Positions 45,947 through 56,682 are shown, counted from the first letter of the stretch. The stretch: 64,000 nt of DNA from Candidatus Bathyarchaeota archaeon (GCA_052246995.1 JBQPWD010000001.1:245574-309573); one strand, 5' to 3'. Numbers and translations: made by a program. The notes: generated from the sequence alone by a model not told the origin.

Positions 45947-47931
45947 TCTATACCTTTAACTATTATAACTTGGGTTGTAATTTTAGGCTCGTTACTTATA
46001 ACGTATTGGTGAGATGGAGAAACGTATACCACCTCAAACTTTTCGAAAATAACGTTGATACCGCATGCATAAAGAATAAGTTTCCCAAGCAACGTATCCC
46101 AGTCTGGGAGACCATTTTCGTCCTTATCAACATTTTCAATGCTAATTTCAGGGTGAACCTTATTGGCTATTCTTGCCATCCAACCCCACTTACCCTCATC
46201 CCCAAAACCAAGAGGTTGATGAAAACCTGACCATTTAGCTGTTGTTATAAACACTAGTATGTAGGTTGAGTTAAAATATTTTTTTGAAAGGTTTAATGCT
46301 CCAGTTTCATTTGAAAGTAGGATTTGCCCAATATGAGCTATCTGGGTTGTGTTTAATGTTGCATTATCAGCAACACTTGTGCTATTCCCGTAAATTGAAA
46401 CCCAATAACCATAATCCCACCAACATATCACTGGTGTTCCCTTAGGGACGTTTTTATCAATCCACTTTAACGCGTCAAACCAATCTTCACGGTATTCTCT
46501 AATGGGGACTGAGGCTGAGGCTATTGTAACAGGTGTATAGGCATACTCAACAGTTCTATAAAACGTAGGTATTAAAGTTGCAGTAAAAATGATAATGGTA
46601 AGTATTAAAACTTTTAAGCTTATGGTGGCTAAAACCTTCTTTTTAGCTGAAACTTTTCTAAGCTTAACTTTTTCAACAACAGATTTTAATGTCTCACTAA
46701 CACCATAAGCTGCAATCAAGCAGAGTGCTGGTGCAAAAATTAGGTTAAGCCTAATAAACGACGATGCAAAGTAAAGTGAGGTTAAACCAAACAGTATTAG
46801 ATATAAAGCCTTATAATCTCCACGCTTAAATGCAAAATATAAGCCTAAAGGTAGAAGAAAAAGAAGAGCACCAAAACTGTTGTAAAACGTGGCCCAAGTG
46901 CTCATCTGGTGTTCTGCAACTGACTCAATAATGGGTGATTCACTCCTAATTTGTGGGTTAACAACGGCTAAAAACTTTCCTGTGATTGGTGCTACAACTC
47001 CTGAAAAGTATACTACCGCTACTGAGATTACAATAGCAAAGATGATGGTAAGGTTTCTGGATAAAGGTTGCATGTTAACACGTTTTAATGCTTCATGTGC
47101 CGTTAAAACAGCAAACCCACTAAGAACAGGAATAACTCCAAAAGTTGTTACGGTTGCCCAACCAGGTCTTGGAAACGGCAACGATATTGTTATACCAATT
47201 ATCATAGTTAAAAGGTAAGCAAGTGTTAACCTAGAAGACTCTCTTCTAACAAGAACTGCTGTTATAAGGTAGAGTGGGATTAAGCCAAACATGTAGTAGA
47301 AGGCTCCCCATGAAATTGTTAAATAAGCTAAGAATATACCTGAAAACGTTGAATAAAGTATACACTTTTTTGACGTGTTGTTTGGGTTAGCTGCTTTTAC
47401 AAAGAAAAGAGAGCACAAAACTATTGCAAAAACTCCTATACTTTCATGTTTAAAAAAACCTAGACTTGTCCTACTAATATAGGCTGAGTTGAGGGCTAGA
47501 AAAAGAGCTGTAAGAAGGCCAACCTCCTCCTTACCAAATTCTTTACCAAAGAAATACAAGGCTAAAACTGTAAGCGTAGCCATAAAGGGTGGAAAATAAA
47601 TTGTAATATCCATCAATGAAACATTAAAGCCTAAACTTTGAACAAAGATGTAAAATGCTGCTGCTGTAAGTGGTAAGCCTATAGGTGTTGTTGAAGATAC
47701 TGGCCTACCCCAAGGAAACCACGTTTTATCATCAATCCAGCTGTTACTAAAGATCCAACTAACTCCATTTTTAACGATGTAATCTGCAACATACCAATGC
47801 CAGAAGGAGTCGAATTCGCTTAGGTATGCACCCCATTCTAGTGGTAAGATTCTTACAGTAAACGCTATAAAGCATATTATGGTCAAACATGTTAGAGTTA
47901 AAACATTTTTCAGGCTTAGCTTTTTAAGCAT
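45943..47931 (-). CDS. aglB: Oligosaccharyltransferase AglB/STT3
   Basis: EFDS, SRTSLGF, SVAEH, WWDYG, ADNAT, DEGKWGWM. Confidence 0.93.
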   Translation of the reverse strand: MLKKLSLKNVLTLTCLTIICFIAFTVRILPLEWGAYLSEFDSFWHWYVADYIVKNGVSWIFSNSWIDDKTWFPWGRPVSSTTPIGLPLTAAAFYIFVQSLGFNVSLMDITIYFPPFMATLTVLALYFFGKEFGKEEVGLLTALFLALNSAYISRTSLGFFKHESIGVFAIVLCSLFFVKAANPNNTSKKCILYSTFSGIFLAYLTISWGAFYYMFGLIPLYLITAVLVRRESSRLTLAYLLTMIIGITISLPFPRPGWATVTTFGVIPVLSGFAVLTAHEALKRVNMQPLSRNLTIIFAIVISVAVVYFSGVVAPITGKFLAVVNPQIRSESPIIESVAEHQMSTWATFYNSFGALLFLLPLGLYFAFKRGDYKALYLILFGLTSLYFASSFIRLNLIFAPALCLIAAYGVSETLKSVVEKVKLRKVSAKKKVLATISLKVLILTIIIFTATLIPTFYRTVEYAYTPVTIASASVPIREYREDWFDALKWIDKNVPKGTPVICWWDYGYWVSIYGNSTSVADNATLNTTQIAHIGQILLSNETGALNLSKKYFNSTYILVFITTAKWSGFHQPLGFGDEGKWGWMARIANKVHPEISIENVDKDENGLPDWDTLLGKLILYACGINVIFEKFEVVYVSPSHQYVISNEPKITTQVIIVKGID

Positions 47932-48040
47932 TTCTAAACTTTAACCTCCAAGTTTTCAGCAAAAACTTATATATGTTTAGCCAGTATTTTTGTCTTTCCA
48001 AGACAATACTCCATAAAAAAGCCTAACCTAGCTGGTTGTC

Positions 48041-48385
48041 ATGGTTAAATTTTACAGAAAACGTTACCTACTTTTTAAACTAATCTCGGAAGAAGGTAAT
48101 GTTGAGGAAGATGCAGCTAAGAGGGCTATAGTGAACTCTTTTCAGTTTCTTTTTGGTTTAACAGGAATAAGTGAAGCAGGCTTGATGTTTTTATGTTACG
48201 ACAAACAAACATCGACTGGAATAATCAGATGCAATCATAAATTTGTGAACCACTTAAGAGCATCCCTAACGTTTATTAGAGAAATTAACGGTAAAAAGAC
48301 GCTAGTTTACACGGTAAGAGTTTCAGGAACATTGAAAACATTAAAAGAATTTAAAAGAAGAACCTTAGAAAAAGAATGCAGCTAG
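48041..48385 (+). CDS. rnp2: RNase P protein Pop5/Rpp14
   Basis: RKRYL, LFGLTG, GIIRC, VSGTLK. Confidence 0.9.
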   Translation: MVKFYRKRYLLFKLISEEGNVEEDAAKRAIVNSFQFLFGLTGISEAGLMFLCYDKQTSTGIIRCNHKFVNHLRASLTFIREINGKKTLVYTVRVSGTLKTLKEFKRRTLEKECS

Positions 48386-48415
48386 TGTCGAAAAGTTAGG
48401 AGAAAACTTTATTTA

Positions 48416-48480
48416 AAGTTCAGCTCGTCGCGTGGTCTTCATTTCATCTAGGATCAGGCTGGGACGACTTCATCATGCAA
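48416..48480 (-). ncRNA. Box C/D methylation guide sRNA
   Basis: Minus strand: C box ATGATGA (48476-48470), 12-nt guide, D' CTGA, C' ATGAAGA, 12-nt guide, D CTGA (48423-48420). Confidence 0.85.
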
Positions 48481-48912
48481 TAATTATGAAGTTTCAGAAC
48501 TATTTATCCATTTAGATTCGTTAACTATGTCCAGTCAGATCTGATTTTTTAAAATAGGAAAAAGAAAAGGTTAAGTTTTAGGTAAAACTTTTAGCCTGTA
48601 ATTTACCAAGACCTTGTTGGAAAATGAGGATTGTTCCACTAGACTTACATGGTAATTCAATGATGGCTTAACAATGTTATCTTCATGAAGTATTTAAACT
48701 AAAGTTCTTCCCAAGAACAAGCCACTCAAAGAGTGAAAATTTCAAATGAGAGTGTTTGGAGATGTTTAGAAAATGCTATAAGAAAAAAGTTGTGGCAATA
48801 CTTGTTGAAAATGGCTTTTTGGTTGCCACTTCTTAATAGAAGAACTTTTAGCATAAATTATAAAGGCTTCTCTGAATATTTTAAACAGCGGTAAGAGCGG
48901 GGTTGTGCCAGT

Positions 48913-51900
48913 TTGAGGGAGATAAAAGAGTCCTATGAACCTCTAAAAGTTGAAGAGGAGATTCGAAAGTTCTGGTTAGAGAACAAAATTTTGGATAAGG
49001 TTTACAATTTAAGGAAAGGACATCCCTTTTTTAGGTTTTTAGAGGGTCCTCCAACAGCTAATGGCTTTATGCATATTGGACATGCTAGAGGCAGAACAAT
49101 GAAAGATATTGTTTTAAGGTTTAAGTCCATGTGTGGTTTTAACGTTTGGCGTAAAGCTGGGTGGGACTGTCAAGGTCTGCCTGTTGAAATTGAAGTTGAG
49201 AAGAAGCTTAAGCTAAAATCTAAACGTGATATTGAAAGTGTCGGTTTGGATGTTTTTGTTGAAGAATGCAAAACACTTGTTGAATACTATATAAATCATT
49301 GGAGAGGGACATCTGAACGGCTTGCTATTTGGCTTGATTATGACCATGCATATAAAACCATGGATGATGAGTATATAGAGTTTGTTTGGTGGTTTATTAA
49401 AAAATCGTACGAGAAGGGATTACTTAAAGAGGATTTAAAAGTTGTTCCAACATGCCCGAGATGTGAAACTTCTCTTTCAAGTCATGAGGTAAGTTTAGGT
49501 TACACAGTTGTTTCAGACCCTTCAATATATGTAAAATTCCAGCTTAAGGAAAAGCAGGATGAGTATATATTAGTCTGGACAACAACTCCTTGGACTTTGC
49601 CAGGAAACGAGGCTGTAACTGTTCATCCTGATGCAGATTATGCTAAAGTTTTAGTTGGTAGCGAAAAGTGGATTTTAGCTAAAAATCTTGTTGAAAAAGT
49701 TATGCGTGAACTTAAGATTGAGAACTTCAAAGTCGTTGAAACTATTAAAGGAGTGGGGCTTAAAGGTTTAAAGTATATTCATCCCTTACTAGACGAGGTT
49801 CCAGAGCATAAAACACACTCCGGACTTTTTGACCATACAATACTGTGTGGTTTGCATGTAAGCTTAGAGGAAGGTACAGGTTGTGTTCATACAGCTCCAG
49901 CCCATGGACCTGAAGATTTTGAAGTAGGCTTGGAGTATGGTATTCAAATTTTCTGCCCAGTAGACCAGTCTGGATATTTTACGGATAGTGGTGGTAAGTA
50001 TGCTGGTTTTTACTTCAAGGATGCGGATAATAAAATCATTGAAGATTTAAGGGTCAAAGGTTTACTTGTTTACGAAGGTAAAATTGAGCATGAATATCCT
50101 CTATGCTGGAGATGCGAAACCCCCCTACTTTACAGGGTTGATAAACAATGGTTTCTTAAGGTTTCAAACTTAAAACAAAAACTTTTAGAGGAAAACAAGA
50201 AGGTTTTATGGATTCCACGCTGGGCTGGAGAAAACAGGTTTGGTGAATGGTTGGCTAATGCTGAAGATTGGTGTATTTCTAGGGCAAGAATTTGGGGCAG
50301 TCCGTTAAACGTTTGGAGATGCAAAAATTGTGGGGCATTAACTATTCCTGGTACAATCAACGAGCTTAAAAGTTTAGCCAAAAAACTTCCAAGTCGTTTA
50401 GAGCTACACCGTCCATGGATTGACGAAGTTACTCTTCTATGTAGTAGATGCGGAGGAGATATGTTTCGTGAGCCTTTTGTTGTTGACTGCTGGCTTGACT
50501 CGGGGGTTGCTCATAGTGCAAGTATAAATGCTTTAAAGGATGAAGAATTACTTAAAAAACTTTACCCATACGATTTCATAACCGAAGCTGTAGACCAAAC
50601 AAGAGGATGGTTTTACTCATTACTTTCTACAGCAATAATTCTTTATGGTAAGACTCCCTATCTTAAAGTTTTATGTCAAGGACATGTTGTTGACAAGTAT
50701 GGACAAAAAATGTCTAAGTCACGTGGAAATGTTGTATGGGTGGAGAATGTACTGCATGTTTACGGTGCAGATGTTTTAAGAGCATATTTAATATGGAAAG
50801 CATCTCCAGAAGCAACCTTAGCTTTTGACCATGAAGAGTTAAACCAAATAAAGCGTATGCTAAGCATAATTTGGAACATTTTTGCATTCGCAACAACTTA
50901 CATGTTACTTGATAATTTCAAACCTTCAGAGTGGCCTATGGAAAAAGTTGTAAAAGATTTTAAAGCTGAAGATAAGTGGCTTTTTTCACGTTTCCAAAAC
51001 GTCATAAAGAACGTTACTGTCTATCTTGAAACTTTAGAGTTAAATAAAGCCTTAAGGGAACTTTTGGATTTTCTGATTGACGATGTAAGTAGATTTTATA
51101 TTAGGGTAATTAGACGAAGAACATGGGTGGAATCTAAAGAAATCGATAAATTTGCAGCTTATGTTACTCTTTACAATGTTTTAATGGATAGTTTAAAGCT
51201 TTTAAGCCCATTTACCCCATATATTGCGGAGGCCCTTTATAGATTTTTAGCTGAGGATGGCTTAGAAAGCATTCATATGTACGATTGGCCTAAGTTTAAT
51301 GAAGCATTTTTAGATGAAAAGCTCGAAGAAGACTTTAAAATCTGTAGGGAAGTTATTAAAGCAACTTCAACTGCAAGACAAAGGAAAAAGTTTAAGCTTA
51401 GATGGCCTGTAAACGAGGTCATTATTTCTCCTGTGAATAGTGATGTAATGGAATCTTTACTTAGACATACGGAGATTCTTCTAAACCAGGTTAATGCAAA
51501 AAAGGTTACAATATTAATGGCTGGAGAAAGACCGAAGTTCTTACGGTTTGAGATCAAACCGAAACCCAGTTTAGGCGCAAAATTTAAGGAATTAACCCCA
51601 ACAATTCTTAGAAGAGTTAACGAAATAAGTAGGGATGAGTTAATAAGAACGGTTTTAGAGAAAGGCTTTCTTGAAATTAAGATTGACAATAAAAACATTA
51701 TCCTTACTAGAGAAGACTTTGAAATTTTAGAAGTTCTTCCTGACCACATATCTAAAGAAAACTTCACATACGGTTCCGTCTTTGTAGATGTAACAAGAAC
51801 CCCTGAAATTATTGCTGAGGCTTTTGCTAGGGATGTTGTTAGAAGGGCTCAATTAATGAGGAAGGAGATGGGTTTGAATGTTGAAGACTACGTTAATGCT

Positions 51901-52089
51901 TTGATAGGATGTGAAAGCGCTGAATCAATAGAGCTTCTAAAATCTATGGAAAATTACATCAAAGCAGAACTTAGAGTTAAACAATTAGATATTGTGAAGA
52001 TAGAGGATGTTAGGCAAGAAGAAAATGCTTACATCAAAGATTGGGATGTTGAAGATGAAAAAGTAAAAATTTTGCTGGAAAAAGCTTAA
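48913..52089 (+). CDS. ileS: Isoleucine--tRNA ligase
   Basis: EGPPTANG..HIGH, GWDCQGLP, WTTTPWTLP, DQTRGWF, KMSKS. Confidence 0.97.
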   Translation: MREIKESYEPLKVEEEIRKFWLENKILDKVYNLRKGHPFFRFLEGPPTANGFMHIGHARGRTMKDIVLRFKSMCGFNVWRKAGWDCQGLPVEIEVEKKLKLKSKRDIESVGLDVFVEECKTLVEYYINHWRGTSERLAIWLDYDHAYKTMDDEYIEFVWWFIKKSYEKGLLKEDLKVVPTCPRCETSLSSHEVSLGYTVVSDPSIYVKFQLKEKQDEYILVWTTTPWTLPGNEAVTVHPDADYAKVLVGSEKWILAKNLVEKVMRELKIENFKVVETIKGVGLKGLKYIHPLLDEVPEHKTHSGLFDHTILCGLHVSLEEGTGCVHTAPAHGPEDFEVGLEYGIQIFCPVDQSGYFTDSGGKYAGFYFKDADNKIIEDLRVKGLLVYEGKIEHEYPLCWRCETPLLYRVDKQWFLKVSNLKQKLLEENKKVLWIPRWAGENRFGEWLANAEDWCISRARIWGSPLNVWRCKNCGALTIPGTINELKSLAKKLPSRLELHRPWIDEVTLLCSRCGGDMFREPFVVDCWLDSGVAHSASINALKDEELLKKLYPYDFITEAVDQTRGWFYSLLSTAIILYGKTPYLKVLCQGHVVDKYGQKMSKSRGNVVWVENVLHVYGADVLRAYLIWKASPEATLAFDHEELNQIKRMLSIIWNIFAFATTYMLLDNFKPSEWPMEKVVKDFKAEDKWLFSRFQNVIKNVTVYLETLELNKALRELLDFLIDDVSRFYIRVIRRRTWVESKEIDKFAAYVTLYNVLMDSLKLLSPFTPYIAEALYRFLAEDGLESIHMYDWPKFNEAFLDEKLEEDFKICREVIKATSTARQRKKFKLRWPVNEVIISPVNSDVMESLLRHTEILLNQVNAKKVTILMAGERPKFLRFEIKPKPSLGAKFKELTPTILRRVNEISRDELIRTVLEKGFLEIKIDNKNIILTREDFEILEVLPDHISKENFTYGSVFVDVTRTPEIIAEAFARDVVRRAQLMRKEMGLNVEDYVNALIGCESAESIELLKSMENYIKAELRVKQLDIVKIEDVRQEENAYIKDWDVEDEKVKILLEKA

Positions 52090-52091
52090 CT

Positions 52092-52259
52092 TTACTTTTC
52101 TACTGGAAAAATTTCCACATCTTCGATTCTAAATAAAAGTTTTTTGCCGCATTTTGGGCAAACTCCCCCATTACGCTCAATTATTTCCTCCGGAGATTTA
52201 AGCTCTAGACCCCTGTAAAACTCATGTCCACATCCTTTACAAATTATTACTTGAGGCAT
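52092..52259 (-). CDS. Small zinc-finger protein; not in the ORF track
   Basis: Manual translation MPQVIICKGCGHEFYRGLELKSPEEIIERNGGVCPKCGKKLLFRIEDVEIFPVEK; SD-like GTGGGGG upstream. Confidence 0.8.
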   Translation of the reverse strand: MPQVIICKGCGHEFYRGLELKSPEEIIERNGGVCPKCGKKLLFRIEDVEIFPVEK

Positions 52260-52439
52260 AAGCAACCCCCACTTTCTTCTTTTTTGTTTTGTGGTATTAA
52301 TGCTTTAAATCATTTAAAACTTTACTATCTTTTAGACACTTTTTTAGAGGAATTTTCAAATAAACTTTTTAAATTTGGCGGCCTACCTTTACAAAGTTAT
52401 CTTTAACTTATCTTTGCGGCGAAAAAAGACTAAAAATGG

Positions 52440-54563
52440 TTGTTGTTAGGTGAATCGAGAATATTGAAATCTTCAAGAGAATATACGCTGATTGTTGCTG
52501 AAAAACCAGATGCTGCTGAACGTATTGCCAAAGCTTTAAGTCCAAATTTTAAAAAAATGGTTAAGTTTAAAATTCCATATTTTGAGCTTAAAGTTGATGG
52601 GAAAAAAATCATTGTAGCTCCAACCTTAGGGCATGTTTACACTGTTACCCAGATGAGGGGTGGAAGAGACTATTATCCTGTTTTCACGTTTAAATGGGCT
52701 CCAAGATATTTAAGTGAGAGGGGTGCTAAAAGAACAAGAAGAATCATCGAACTTTTTAAAAGTTTAAGTGAAAATGCTGTAGAGTTTATTAATGCGACAG
52801 ATTATGATATTGAAGGTAGTTTAATAGGTTATATGATTTTAAAGTATGCTTGCAACGGCAAAGAAAAAGAAGCTAAAAGAATGAAGTTCTCAACTTTAAC
52901 TAGTGAGGAGTTAAGTAACGCTTACAGGAATCTTCTTAATAACCTAGATTTTGAGCTTGTTGAAGCTGGTAGAACTAGGCATGAGATAGATTGGCTTTAT
53001 GGTGTAAATCTTTCACGAGTATTAACCTTGTCTGCAAACAAGCAGAATGATAAATATAACGTTCTGAGCATTGGTAGAGTCCAAGGTCCAACATTAAAGT
53101 TTATTATTGATAGAGAAGTTGAAATCAGAAGTTTTGTACCAAAACCGTACTGGGAGATCAAGGCTTATGCAAAAATTGGTGATAAAAGTTGCGAATTAAA
53201 GTTTTCTGAGGAAAAGGTGGAGTGTAAAGATGATGCTATAAAGATTGTTAAAAATTGTTTAGGAAAAACAGGTAAAATTGTAAGGATAGAAGAAAAAACC
53301 GTTAAAAGAAACCCCCCCGAGCCATTTGACTTGGGAGCGCTTCAAAGAGAAGCTTATAGATTTTTTGGTTATAGCCCAAGTAAAACGTTAAGCATTGCTG
53401 AAAGGTTATACCTTGATGCGTTAATTTCTTATCCTCGAACATCAAGCCAAAAGCTGCCTCCAACAATAAATTACAGGGAAATTTTAAGTGAATTGTGTAA
53501 AAATAGTGAGTATAAAGAACTAGTTTCTCAACTTATAAGTGAAGAAGAGTTAAAACCAAGGGAAGGTAGAAAGGCGGATCCTGCGCATCCAGCTATTTAT
53601 CCAACAGGTAGCATCCCGGAAAAAGAACTTAAAGGTGATGAAGCAAAAATTTATGATCTGATTGTGAGACGTTTTCTTGCAACATTCGGTAAACCTGCTA
53701 TTAGATTAAGCACCAAAGTTTTAATAAGTTGTGGTGGATATAATTTCTACCTTTATGGTGGAAGGATTGTTTACGATGGATGGATTAAATTTTATGAACC
53801 TTATGTTGAATTTGAGGAGACAATTCTTCCACCTTTAAAAGTTGGAGACAGTATTTTCTTAGAGAATGTTGAATATATTACAAAATACACCGAACCTCCT
53901 CCTCGCTATAACCCTGCAAGTTTGCTAAAGGTTATGGAGGAAAATAACATTGGAACTAAAACAACTAGGGCGGAGGTTATCGAAACTCTTTATGGAAGAG
54001 GATATGTTATAGGTGAGAGAATGGTTGCAACAGAGCTTGGCTTCTCAATTATTGAAACCCTAAGCCAGTATTGTCCAGAGATTATTTCCGTTGATTTAAC
54101 CAGAAGATTAGAAGAAAAAATGGAAAAAATTGAGAAAGGGTTAGAGAAAAGGAAAAACGTTTTAATTGACGCCGTTAAACAATTAAGACCTATTCTTGCT
54201 AGGCTAAAATCTGCTGAGGATGAGGTGGGAATTAAGCTTTCAGAGGCAATAAGAGAGGAGTTTTTAAGAAAAAGGCTTGTAGGTAAGTGTCCAAAATGTG
54301 AGGATGGAAAACTCATAATTTTAAGGTCTAGAAAGACGTTTAAAAAGTTTATAGGATGCTCAAACTTCTTTGCTAAAAAGTGTAATATGGCTTTACCTCT
54401 TCCTCAAAGGGCTAATGTCCAAACGACAGAAAAAACCTGTGACGTGTGTGGTTGGCCTGTAATTATTGTTAAACCGCTGGGAAGCCGGGCGTTTAACACT
54501 TGTGTTAATCCTGGCTGTCCCTCAAGGTCTAATACAAACCTAAATCAAACTAATTCTACCTAA
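52440..54563 (+). CDS. topA: DNA topoisomerase I (type IA) with C-terminal zinc ribbons
   Basis: AEKP, DYDIEG, SIGRVQGPTL, ISYPRT (catalytic Tyr), HPAIYPT, IGTKTTR. Confidence 0.96.
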   Translation: MLLGESRILKSSREYTLIVAEKPDAAERIAKALSPNFKKMVKFKIPYFELKVDGKKIIVAPTLGHVYTVTQMRGGRDYYPVFTFKWAPRYLSERGAKRTRRIIELFKSLSENAVEFINATDYDIEGSLIGYMILKYACNGKEKEAKRMKFSTLTSEELSNAYRNLLNNLDFELVEAGRTRHEIDWLYGVNLSRVLTLSANKQNDKYNVLSIGRVQGPTLKFIIDREVEIRSFVPKPYWEIKAYAKIGDKSCELKFSEEKVECKDDAIKIVKNCLGKTGKIVRIEEKTVKRNPPEPFDLGALQREAYRFFGYSPSKTLSIAERLYLDALISYPRTSSQKLPPTINYREILSELCKNSEYKELVSQLISEEELKPREGRKADPAHPAIYPTGSIPEKELKGDEAKIYDLIVRRFLATFGKPAIRLSTKVLISCGGYNFYLYGGRIVYDGWIKFYEPYVEFEETILPPLKVGDSIFLENVEYITKYTEPPPRYNPASLLKVMEENNIGTKTTRAEVIETLYGRGYVIGERMVATELGFSIIETLSQYCPEIISVDLTRRLEEKMEKIEKGLEKRKNVLIDAVKQLRPILARLKSAEDEVGIKLSEAIREEFLRKRLVGKCPKCEDGKLIILRSRKTFKKFIGCSNFFAKKCNMALPLPQRANVQTTEKTCDVCGWPVIIVKPLGSRAFNTCVNPGCPSRSNTNLNQTNST

Positions 54564-54582
54564 TCTTGGTTGGTGTAAAATT

Positions 54583-54807
54583 ATGGGGGAATGTGTCATT
54601 TGTGGTAGGGAATCTTCTGAAGATTTTTGCTATAGACATATGCTTTCCTACCAAAATCTAAGGAAAACTTTTAACTATTGGAGGAGTGCTATGAAAATAG
54701 AGTGGAAAGAATTTCTTGATGAATTAAGAAAAAACCCTAATACGGGAGTTTGGGTTAAGGAGGTTGTGGACTATCTTCTTAAAAAAGAAGAGGGAAGAAA
54801 AATTTAG
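54583..54807 (+). CDS. Small Cys/His zinc-binding hypothetical protein
   Basis: CVIC...FC..H; W.......W..FL.......TG.W. Confidence 0.7.
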   Translation: MGECVICGRESSEDFCYRHMLSYQNLRKTFNYWRSAMKIEWKEFLDELRKNPNTGVWVKEVVDYLLKKEEGRKI

Positions 54808-55183
54808 AAAAAAGTTTGGTAAGCCTGTTTCTGAAAAAAGTTATCCTGAAAAATTGTCGTTCATCTTTCTTATCCTTATAACCGGGTTAGCAATATTTTT
54901 TGCTAGTGGAGGAATATATGATTTTTTCCGTAACCCCCCGCCTGTTATAGTTTTGGGTGAAAGCAGGCTATTGTTTTTTATTCCAGGTGACTTAAGTGTT
55001 CAAACAATGGTTGAAAGCATCTTTTCAATGATTATTCTTCTACTAGGTTTTTTAGGCTTTCTTATGCTTAATAGGGCCAGTAAATCGTATTCCACAAGAC
55101 AGACAACGTTACTTTTCGCAGTTGGATTAATATTGATTGTTGTCGGGGTTTCATTAATGGAGTTACTCTTACTTTTAAAATAA
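54764..55183 (+). CDS. Three-TM protein resembling the OST3/OST6 C-terminal (DC2/OSTC-like) domain
   Basis: TM-SGGIYDFFRNPPP...F.PG.LS.QT.VES-TM-TM; start position uncertain. Confidence 0.55.
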   Translation: MWTIFLKKKREEKFRKKFGKPVSEKSYPEKLSFIFLILITGLAIFFASGGIYDFFRNPPPVIVLGESRLLFFIPGDLSVQTMVESIFSMIILLLGFLGFLMLNRASKSYSTRQTTLLFAVGLILIVVGVSLMELLLLLK

Positions 55184-55214
55184 AAAGAATTTTAACCTTA
55201 AGTGGTTAAGTTTC

Positions 55215-55745
55215 ATGGTTAAAAGCTACACTATTCACAAAAGACTTTCCCCCAAAAGGTTAAGCTTTGTAGTCATTACTGTTAGTACTTCAAAATATTT
55301 GCTTAAATCCAGTGGGAAGGAAGTCAAAGATTTGTCAGGAGACCTTGCTGTTCAACTTTTAGAGAAGGCTGGACACAAAATTTTAGATAGACAGCTTATA
55401 CCTGACAATCCTAAAATAATTAGGAAAACAGTTCTCAAGCATTTAAGGCGTAGGGATGTTGAAGTTCTCCTTCTTACAGGCGGAACTGGTATTACAAAAA
55501 GTGACGTATCTGTTGAAGTTGTTGAAAAACTTTTGCAAAAGAAGCTTCCAGGGTTTGGGGAGCTTCTAAGAAAGCTTAGCTATGAAAAAATAGGTTCAGC
55601 TGCAATTTTAACAAGGGCCACAGCTGGCGTTGTAGATGATAAGGTTATCTTCTGTCTACCAGGTTCACCTGATGCTGTTAAGTTAGCGGTTAAAAAACTT
55701 ATAATTCCTGAAGCTCCACATATAGTAAAACATGCTAAAGAGTAG
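55215..55745 (+). CDS. moaB: Molybdopterin adenylyltransferase, MoaB/Mog family
   Basis: ITVSTS, DLSG, TGGTG, PGFGE, RATAG, LPGS. Confidence 0.92.
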   Translation: MVKSYTIHKRLSPKRLSFVVITVSTSKYLLKSSGKEVKDLSGDLAVQLLEKAGHKILDRQLIPDNPKIIRKTVLKHLRRRDVEVLLLTGGTGITKSDVSVEVVEKLLQKKLPGFGELLRKLSYEKIGSAAILTRATAGVVDDKVIFCLPGSPDAVKLAVKKLIIPEAPHIVKHAKE

Positions 55746-55747
55746 CA

Positions 55748-56539
55748 ATGAAGCGTTACGCTGTAAAGGTATACTACGATGGTTCAAATTTTTATGGTTT
55801 TCAGCTTCAAAAGGACAAAAGAACTGTTGCAGGAGAGCTTATTTCTGCCTTATTAAAATCCCGACTTGTTGACGATTTGAAAGTAGCCTCTTTTCAGGCT
55901 GCTTCAAGAACTGATAGAGGGGTTAGCGCGTTAGGACAGGTAGTAGCTTTTAATACTGATAAATTTTTTACTCTTAGAAGGATTAACACCTTCCTGCCTT
56001 GGGAAGTGTATGTCTGGGCTTGGGCTGAAGTAAACTTAAGTTTTAACCCTAGAAGGGATGCCAAAGAAAGGATATATGCTTACGTTTTAAGATGTAACGG
56101 TGTAAAGCTTGAAGACATACTGACATTGGCTAAAATTCTTGAAAGTAAAGTCTCTTTTGGAGGTGGATGTGTTGGCAGGTATGGTAATGTTTCACATAAA
56201 AAGTTAAAAAGTATTACTGTTAAAGTTAAAGATGACTTTCTTTTTCTAATATTTACATCTAAAAGTTTCGCTAGAAGTCTAATACGCCGACTTGTAACTC
56301 TAATTTTAATGGGTAGCAGAGGTGAGCTAAGCTTAAGTGATATCGATAGCTACTTAGATAACAATATCGGTGTTAAGTCCACAATCCCACCAGCACCATC
56401 TGAAAATTTAATTTTACTCGACGTAAAGTACGACTTTAAGTTTAATGTTGATGAAGATTCGTTAAGGTTTCTTAAAGATAGACTTTTGCTGTACATTTAT
56501 AAAGGTGAGATGTTTAAATTTGCCTTAGAAAATCTTTAA
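55748..56539 (+). CDS. truA: tRNA pseudouridine(38-40) synthase
   Basis: YDGSNFYGFQLQ, ASRTDRGVSA, FNPR, PPAP...L.L. Confidence 0.9.
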   Translation: MKRYAVKVYYDGSNFYGFQLQKDKRTVAGELISALLKSRLVDDLKVASFQAASRTDRGVSALGQVVAFNTDKFFTLRRINTFLPWEVYVWAWAEVNLSFNPRRDAKERIYAYVLRCNGVKLEDILTLAKILESKVSFGGGCVGRYGNVSHKKLKSITVKVKDDFLFLIFTSKSFARSLIRRLVTLILMGSRGELSLSDIDSYLDNNIGVKSTIPPAPSENLILLDVKYDFKFNVDEDSLRFLKDRLLLYIYKGEMFKFALENL

Positions 56540-56682
56540 ATTTCTAGGTTTTAAGCATCGTGTATTACAGCTTCATGTTGACACGAACACAAGCTTTACA
56601 TTAATAATTAACTAAACCTTTAAAAAAGACTTAACTTACATCATCAATCTAATCATGATGCAACTATGGTGAAAAACCAGTA

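Noticed and set aside
48490-48900. Remainder of the long rnp2-ileS intergenic region as further sRNAs or an ORF
   Set aside because: Only isolated TGA/CTGA words; no complete box set, stable structure or credible ORF
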